DNA of 64,000 nt from NCBI GenBank assembly GCA_040755995.1, contig JBFMAF010000008.1, forward strand, positions 32,001 through 96,000, given 5' to 3'. A model generated the notes under the pieces. That model was not told where the DNA came from and did no database searches. It saw only the letters and a program-made list of their open reading frames with translations. This stretch comes from Acidobacteriota bacterium (GTDB taxonomy: Bacteria > Acidobacteriota > CAIWXX01). This document shows, piece after piece, positions 57,785 to 64,000 of this stretch (positions within the stretch are counted from its first letter, which is position 1; each line of letters starts with the position of its first letter). The translations under genes and the position numbers were made by a program.

Positions 57785-59122
57785 ATGGAGAAGCGGCTCG
57801 ACGCACGCCATTTCCCGCTGGTGCTCGACTTCGTTGAGCAGGGCATATTCACAGTGGATGAAAAGGGATGCATAACCTCGTTCAACCGGGCGGCGAAGGC
57901 CATAACCGGCTATTCGGAGGAAGACGTGCTGGGTCGGGAATGCTCCTCGGTGTTCAGGACGGAGCTATGCGACACGATCTGCCCGCTGCGGCGCAGCATC
58001 GCCTCCGGCGAGTACATCCGGAACCGCGAGGTGCGGATACACGCCAAGGACGGGCGGCGGATTCCGATCTCGATCAGCACGGCGCCTCTTCTTACCTCGT
58101 GGGGTACACTGCTGGGCGGGGTCGAGGTCTTCACCGATCTCTCGCACATCGCGGATCTGCAGCGGAAGCTCGATGGGCAGTACCAGTTCGAGGACATCGT
58201 CAGCCGCAATCCCGAGATGCACAAGATCTTCAAGATGCTCCCCCTCGTCGCTGAGAGCACCAGCACAATCCTCATCACGGGTGCCAGCGGCACCGGCAAG
58301 GAGCTCGTGGCGAAGGCGATCCACCATCATGGTCCCCGCAGCAAGCGCCCTTTTGTCGCTGTCAACTGCGCGGCGATACCGGAGACGCTTCTCGAATCAG
58401 AGCTCTTCGGCTACCGGCGCGGCGCGTTCACCGACGCAAAGCGCGACAGGGCGGGGAGAATCGCACAAGCCGAGGGCGGAACGCTGTTCGTCGACGAGGT
58501 GGGCGACCTGCCCAAACCCCTGCAGGTGAAGCTCCTCAGGTTCTTGCAGGACAAGACGTACGAACCACTCGGGTCCAACGTGGCCCAGCGCGCGAATGTG
58601 AGAGTGATCGCCGCGACGCATCGAGACTTGGAGGCGATGATGCGGGAAGGGCTTTTCCGAAAGGACCTGTACTTCCGTCTGAATATCCTGCAGATCGCGC
58701 TGCCGCCGCTCTCCAGGCGTCCGGAGGACATCCCGCTGCTCGCCCGCCATTTCGTCCAACGTTTCCGCCAGGCCACCGGCAAGGTCATCGAGGGGATCTC
58801 GCCGGAGGCGCTTGCCGCGCTGGTGCGTTACCCATTCCCAGGCAACGTGCGCGAACTGGAGAATCTCATCGAGCGCGCCTTCATCCTGTGCGAGAGGCCG
58901 GTGGTCGACCTGCGTGACCTGCCGCCGCATGTCGCGGCGGCGCTGAGCCGGGGCGCCGGGCCGGAGGCCGTAGATGAACACGGCGGGAGCCTGAATCGTG
59001 TAGAGATCGAGGCAATACAGCAGGCACTGAAAAGGCACGCAGGCAATCGCACACGCGCCGCGCGAGATCTCGGCATTCATCGCAGCACGCTCATCCGCAA
59101 GATCCATCGTTACCGGCTATGA
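57785..59122 (+). CDS. PAS-domain sigma-54 activator, OrpR-like
   Basis: PAS with C-x8-C-x3-C, GASGTGKE, ESELFG, GAFTDA, FPGNVREL, Fis-type HTH. Confidence 0.9.
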   Translation: MEKRLDARHFPLVLDFVEQGIFTVDEKGCITSFNRAAKAITGYSEEDVLGRECSSVFRTELCDTICPLRRSIASGEYIRNREVRIHAKDGRRIPISISTAPLLTSWGTLLGGVEVFTDLSHIADLQRKLDGQYQFEDIVSRNPEMHKIFKMLPLVAESTSTILITGASGTGKELVAKAIHHHGPRSKRPFVAVNCAAIPETLLESELFGYRRGAFTDAKRDRAGRIAQAEGGTLFVDEVGDLPKPLQVKLLRFLQDKTYEPLGSNVAQRANVRVIAATHRDLEAMMREGLFRKDLYFRLNILQIALPPLSRRPEDIPLLARHFVQRFRQATGKVIEGISPEALAALVRYPFPGNVRELENLIERAFILCERPVVDLRDLPPHVAAALSRGAGPEAVDEHGGSLNRVEIEAIQQALKRHAGNRTRAARDLGIHRSTLIRKIHRYRL

Positions 59123-59146
59123 GGCATGCTGCTGGAGGTGGTCAGG

Positions 59147-59632
59147 ATGAACAGTCCCGCGAGTGCGACCGGAATCGTCGTCGACGTGCCCGGTCGAGGG
59201 CGGATCAGCATCGCCCGCGTCTTTCTCGACTTCACGGGCACACTCTCGGCTGACGGGCAACTGCTGACGGGAGTTGCCGAACGGCTCCGGCTGCTGGCGG
59301 CACAGGTGCCCATCACGGTTCTTACCGCCGACACGTTCGGCACGGCGAGGGAGGCCCTGATGGGACTCCCTGTCGAATTCCGGGAGATTCGAAACGGGGC
59401 TGAGAAGGAGCGCATAGTCCAGCAGTGCGCGCTGGCGGGATTCGCGGCCATCGGGAACGGCATGAACGATGTCGCCATGATCCGTGCCGCAGATCTCGGC
59501 ATAGCCGTGGTGGGGTCGGAAGGCGCGGCCAGCGAGCTTCTCCGAGTGGCTGGCGTGGTGGTCACGAACATCAACGATGCACTCGACCTGCTCCTCAAGC
59601 CGCTCCGCCTGAAGGCCACCCTGCGCGAGTAG
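59147..59632 (+). CDS. Soluble P-type ATPase-like HAD protein
   Basis: DFTGTL, TADTFG, IGNGMND, GSEG, ALDLLLKP.RLKATLR. Confidence 0.82.
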   Translation: MNSPASATGIVVDVPGRGRISIARVFLDFTGTLSADGQLLTGVAERLRLLAAQVPITVLTADTFGTAREALMGLPVEFREIRNGAEKERIVQQCALAGFAAIGNGMNDVAMIRAADLGIAVVGSEGAASELLRVAGVVVTNINDALDLLLKPLRLKATLRE

Positions 59633-59749
59633 GGCCCGCCGGTCCATCCCGGCTCAGCGGCCTTGGCACTGCATTGTCTCGGATCAACACACGGGAAAGG
59701 AGGGCCGCTTGTGCCCGGCCGACTGCAGCGACTACGCGATACACCCCGT

Positions 59750-60199
59750 TCAGACCCGCTCCTTCAACGGATTCCACACCCTCGAGAACCCGAAGTCGTC
59801 GAAGTCCTTGACGTTTACCGTCGCGAGATGCGTGACCCCCTGGCGCCTGAGGCTGAGCGCCACACGCGCGTCGTAGATGCGCCGGCGAGCAAATCCGGGT
59901 CGTGCGGCGATCTCCCAGAGCTCATCATGCAAACCCGCACTATCGGGACCAAAACCGAGCAAGGCCCATCGAGGATGCCGGCGGTATTCCTGGATTACAC
60001 GCGCCGCGTCCTTGGGCGATAGGGGTCGCCGGACGACAATTGGATTGCGAAGCAGCGTGTAGAGCTCCATCAACACGAATTCGGACACGGCGACATCCTC
60101 GCGCTGTCCCAGTGCTGATATGAAGCTGAACGCAGCCCGGTGCCACGGACTGTCCGCGTTGTACGCATATAGCAGCAGATTGGAGTCTATCGAAGTCAT
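59750..60199 (-). CDS. PIN domain (VapC) toxin
   Basis: IDSNLLLYA, VLMEL, IYDARVA, TVNVKDF. Confidence 0.88.
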   Translation of the reverse strand: MTSIDSNLLLYAYNADSPWHRAAFSFISALGQREDVAVSEFVLMELYTLLRNPIVVRRPLSPKDAARVIQEYRRHPRWALLGFGPDSAGLHDELWEIAARPGFARRRIYDARVALSLRRQGVTHLATVNVKDFDDFGFSRVWNPLKERV

Positions 60200-60462
60200 C
60201 GCTGCGTGTGCGAGGCGACCCCCCGTTCCACGTCGTCCAATGCCGCCTCCCGGACGGCAGCATGGCTAAGCCCCCTCCACCCAAGACGGCGGGGTTCCGG
60301 CGGGGACCACGATTCTCCATCTGGAGAAGGCGACGGATAGGCCTGCAGTAGCATTTCTGCTCCTCGTCGCACAGCCTCCGCCAACGACCATTCCTTCGCC
60401 TCCGCCACTTTCCTCAGGCCGCGGTACAGCTCGTCGGGCAATTGTATCTGTGTCCTCACCAT
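60196..60462 (-). CDS. Ribbon-helix-helix antitoxin
   Basis: MVRTQIQLPDELY...SLAEAVRR; ATGA overlap with the PIN gene. Confidence 0.85.
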   Translation of the reverse strand: MVRTQIQLPDELYRGLRKVAEAKEWSLAEAVRRGAEMLLQAYPSPSPDGESWSPPEPRRLGWRGLSHAAVREAALDDVERGVASHTQR

Positions 60463-60801
60463 GCTTACATTTTTACAGCTACATTAGATCAGTGTCAAGC
60501 TGAGACTCGACGACTCTCCGCACCGATTCTGTGATGGCCCAGGCGCGATGCCGCCGAACGAGGGTGCGTCAAGCACGAGTGCGCGAAGGACCCCTTTCGT
60601 CTGTACTGCACGACATGAGTCGCGCTGTATAGCGTTCATCGTGCGCCGCTGGATGTGCGGGGAGAGACCGCCTACGCTTCGCGAGCAGCGAACGATCCAA
60701 TCGCCGGGTTGCGCCACAGAGCAGGGGCACCCGGAAGATGATAGAATGGCCTACGTAGTCAGCGGCTTCGATCAGTACTCAACGGGAGGGGGGATCGAAA
60801 G

Positions 60802-62409
60802 ATGTCGTCGAAACCGAGCCGAGGAGGTCTCTTCGGCTGGCTGCGGGGCGAAGCACGTCCCAACGATCCGACTGACGTCGTGCCGATATCTGAAAAGGCC
60901 CGAATAGCACCGGCGCGGCCGGAGTCGCTCCTGCAGGATCGGCTGCGCGACAGAGGCGAGATCGGCAAGGGCGGGATGAGCACAATACGCAAGGTGTTCG
61001 ACAAGAACCTCCTCCGCTACATAGCGATGAAAGTGTTGAACCTGAAGTATGCGGGAGACAGCGGCGAGGTACAGCGATTCATCGAGGAGGCGCAGATCAC
61101 CGGGCAGCTCGAGCACCCGAACATCCCTCCCGTGCACGAGATCGGCGAACACGAGGGCACGCACTACTTCACTATGAAGCTCATCCAGGGCGAGACCCTG
61201 GACAGCATACTCCGCTCCAAGACCTACTCCCCAGTGGACAGCACCGAGCTGTACCGCGTACTGGAGGTGTTCGATCACGTATGTCAAGCCATCTCCTTCG
61301 CCCACAGCCGCGGCATTCTCCACTGCGATCTCAAGCCGGCCAACATCATGGTTGGGAAATACGCTCAGGTCTACGTGATGGACTGGGGTGTCGCAAGGCT
61401 CAAGGACGAGTTCCGGCCTTCCGGCGCAGACCGCGAAACCCTGGCGCTCGCGACCGTTTCCAGCCGCGCCGAGGACGACAGCGGCAAGATCGTCGGCACG
61501 CTGGCCTATATGCCGCCGGAGCTTGCCCAGGGATGGCTCGAGGAGATCGACGAGCGCACCGACGTGTTCTCGCTCGGGGCTATCCTGTATCGTGCCCTTG
61601 CCGGGAAACCTCCATATCATGACAAGGACTTCGGCACCAACTTCGCGAACGCACTCGAAGCCAAGATCACGCCTCCGCAAGAGGTGCGCCCGGGCATCAA
61701 CCTCCCGGTGCGCCTCTGTGATATCGCCATGAAGGCCCTTGGCCGGGATCCCGCCGATCGGTATCAGTCGGTGGATGCTCTCAGAGAAGACGTCGAGATA
61801 TTCATGCGCGGCGGGCCGGGATTCCCACGGCGCACCTTCGCGGCCGGGACGCTGATCATCAAGGAGGGGGAGCCCGGAAGCACTGCCTACGTGATCGAAC
61901 GCGGCACCTGCCGCGTCTTCAAGATGATCGACGGGCAGAAGAACGTCATCAGGGAAATGGGACCGGGGGCGGTATTCGGGGAGGCCGCGGTGCTCAGCTC
62001 GCAGCCACGCACAGCATATGTCGAGGCCGTGGACGATGTCACCGCGCTCGAGGTGACGCGCGAGGCGATCGAGCGCGAAATCGGCCAGACCCAGTGGGTC
62101 GGCTCGCTCGTCAAAGCCCTGGCCGAACGCTTCCACGACCTCGACGCAACACTCGCCAGAGCCAGGCAACGACTACTGGCCGCCGAGACGGTGCTGCGCT
62201 ACATCTGCTCAACCGCAGAAACGGGACGCGCTGGGGAGCGCGTGGCCAGATGGTCGGAGCTGCGCGAGACTCTGTGTTCGAGACTCGGCGAGGCCGAGGA
62301 TGAGGTAATAGAGTTCGTACAAGCGATCGACGGCATCACGGTCGACCCGGAGACTGACAGCATCGTCGTAACAACGCACCGCTCATCACCGAGGGAGGGA
62401 GAGAAATGA
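60802..62409 (+). CDS. Hanks-type Ser/Thr kinase with cNMP-binding domain
   Basis: GKGGMS, AMK, HPNI, HCDLKPAN, DWG, GTLAYMPPE; IIKEGEPG, FGEAA...PRTA. Confidence 0.9.
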   Translation: MSSKPSRGGLFGWLRGEARPNDPTDVVPISEKARIAPARPESLLQDRLRDRGEIGKGGMSTIRKVFDKNLLRYIAMKVLNLKYAGDSGEVQRFIEEAQITGQLEHPNIPPVHEIGEHEGTHYFTMKLIQGETLDSILRSKTYSPVDSTELYRVLEVFDHVCQAISFAHSRGILHCDLKPANIMVGKYAQVYVMDWGVARLKDEFRPSGADRETLALATVSSRAEDDSGKIVGTLAYMPPELAQGWLEEIDERTDVFSLGAILYRALAGKPPYHDKDFGTNFANALEAKITPPQEVRPGINLPVRLCDIAMKALGRDPADRYQSVDALREDVEIFMRGGPGFPRRTFAAGTLIIKEGEPGSTAYVIERGTCRVFKMIDGQKNVIREMGPGAVFGEAAVLSSQPRTAYVEAVDDVTALEVTREAIEREIGQTQWVGSLVKALAERFHDLDATLARARQRLLAAETVLRYICSTAETGRAGERVARWSELRETLCSRLGEAEDEVIEFVQAIDGITVDPETDSIVVTTHRSSPREGEK

Positions 62410-64000
62410 AGAGGGCCGCCTGTTTGTTGATTCTGCTCGCAATTCCCGCCACCCGCGCACCCGATGCGGCCGATAGACTCGGCTGGTCGTGGGAAGACCG
62501 GCGCGGCCTGGAGGATTGGTACTGGAACCAGCGCGCGTTGCCCGCGCCGAAGGTCCCGGTGGAGGTGTTTCGTGCGGCGGTCGTCGCCGAGAGCACGCGT
62601 GCCGTGCCCGCCTACGCGCAACGAGTCGACTGGCAGGACCTGGGGCCCGATCCGATCCTCCGCGCGACAATGTACGGAGACGGGACGCTGACTGCAAGCG
62701 GCAGGACACTGGCTGTCGCCATCGATCCAGCCGATCCCGACATCCTGCTGCTCGGCACGGCCCAGGGCGGTATCTGGCGATCGATCGACGCCGGCAGGCA
62801 CTGGGTTGCGGTCGCTGAGAACATGCCGTCGCTGGCGATCAAGGTGATCCGCTTCTCGCAGAGCAATCCTGACATTGTCTACGCGGGCACTGGTGAGCCT
62901 CACTCCAAGACGAGCATCTTCGGCATGGGGGTCTTCAAGTCGGCCGACGGCGGCCAGACCTGGCGCACTCTGCCCGATCACGGCAAGGGATGGGACTTCC
63001 GATACGTAGCGATCAGCGGTCTGCGCGTGCACCCGGCCAATCCCTCAGTCCTGTGGGTCACTACCGCCAACGTGCTTCCTGATCGTGTCCATGTCAACGT
63101 GCCTCCGCCCGATCGTCCGCAGACCGGCATCTACAAGTCAACAGACGCGGGCCGCAGCTGGCGGCTTGTGCAGCCGGCCAATGACTACCGCCGCTACATG
63201 TACCCGGTCTACGATCCGTATCTCGCGCACGGCGTCGGCTTCATGGACCTGGAACTCTTCAACGCGAATCCCAACGTGCTGTTCGCCAGCGAATACTCAG
63301 GGGGTATCTACAGGTCGACCGATGGAGGAGAGCGGTGGCAGCGCGTGACGCCGGTGAAGAACCCGGACGGCGGTGCGGCCATGGGTGCCGATTTCCCTGA
63401 CCGGATCGGCGAGTACAGCGACTTCGACTGTGTCAAGGCGCGATTCGAGAGGTACCCCGTGCTGCCGCGCGGGAGGTCGATCCCCGAATTCAACCGGATT
63501 GAGATCGGTCTGGCACAGCGCGGAACGGGAATCACCACCGACTATCGAACCACGGTTCTCTACGCCGGCCTCGGGGCCGTGCTGCAGCTCGACAAGAATG
63601 GGAACGGCAAGTTCGATCCCGGCACGGACGTGGAAGCGCCGCAGGGGATCATGTTCAAGACGACCGACGGCGGGCAAAGCTGGACCTGGCTCGGGGACTG
63701 GCTTGACGGTGTGCCGGCCTACTGCGACACCTGCAACGATCCCTCCATGATGAACTGCCTGTATGACAACACCGTCGAGGTGAACCCGGAGGATGCAGGC
63801 GACGTGGTCATCGGCGGGAATGCAAACTACAGTTCCCTCTGGCCTGACCCGGTCAATGCTCCTGTGCGGATGCTGCAGATCCCCTGGAGCGGGATGGTCT
63901 ACCGCTCGCGCGACGGCGGGAGCACCTGGGTCGACACTACCCCGGCATGCGCTCGCTACGAGCCGGCAACGGATCAGCCCGCTTCTCACGGCCTGCCGGT
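62406..64000 (+). CDS. Secreted BNR/Asp-box beta-propeller protein (3' partial)
   Basis: Absent from the ORF track as it runs off the window; MKRAACLLILL signal, WRSIDAGRHW, FKSADGGQTW, YKSTDAGRSW, YRSTDGGERW. Confidence 0.85.
   Translation, partial: MKRAACLLILLAIPATRAPDAADRLGWSWEDRRGLEDWYWNQRALPAPKVPVEVFRAAVVAESTRAVPAYAQRVDWQDLGPDPILRATMYGDGTLTASGRTLAVAIDPADPDILLLGTAQGGIWRSIDAGRHWVAVAENMPSLAIKVIRFSQSNPDIVYAGTGEPHSKTSIFGMGVFKSADGGQTWRTLPDHGKGWDFRYVAISGLRVHPANPSVLWVTTANVLPDRVHVNVPPPDRPQTGIYKSTDAGRSWRLVQPANDYRRYMYPVYDPYLAHGVGFMDLELFNANPNVLFASEYSGGIYRSTDGGERWQRVTPVKNPDGGAAMGADFPDRIGEYSDFDCVKARFERYPVLPRGRSIPEFNRIEIGLAQRGTGITTDYRTTVLYAGLGAVLQLDKNGNGKFDPGTDVEAPQGIMFKTTDGGQSWTWLGDWLDGVPAYCDTCNDPSMMNCLYDNTVEVNPEDAGDVVIGGNANYSSLWPDPVNAPVRMLQIPWSGMVYRSRDGGSTWVDTTPACARYEPATDQPASHGLP

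Overview
GC-rich window from a diderm, probably anaerobic bacterium (TonB receptors, TolC, tungsten AOR, Orp cluster); no rRNA, tRNA, CRISPR array or intact transposase was recognised. 1-15.4 kb: secreted hydrolases, a LytS/LytTR pair, an orphan SPASM domain with an ABC exporter, and a mosaic duplicated pseudogene. 15.5-18.6 kb: atypical split transketolase plus a KDDH-type RuBisCO-like protein. 20.7-32.5 kb: Orange-protein (Orp)-like Fe-S cluster region driven by two sigma-54 promoters sharing a 16-bp upstream palindrome; the likely activator (OrpR-like) lies at 57.8 kb. 32.5-35.4 kb: toxin-antitoxin and pseudogene debris. 35.4-57.7 kb: minus-strand metal/redox block (NikR-TonB receptor-FmdE, W-AOR, ZIP, two more TonB receptors, an RND pump with a rewired transmembrane charge network). 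Best candidate for a new system: three paralogous ~90-aa leader ORFs (hydrophobic N-terminus, HTE, CPAC, fixed 48-aa spacing, SRSPP-x-x-stop), each followed by an anti-Shine-Dalgarno tract and lying upstream of a metal transporter, consistent with metal-sensing ribosome-arrest peptides. Family assignments come from motif recognition by eye, not database searches.
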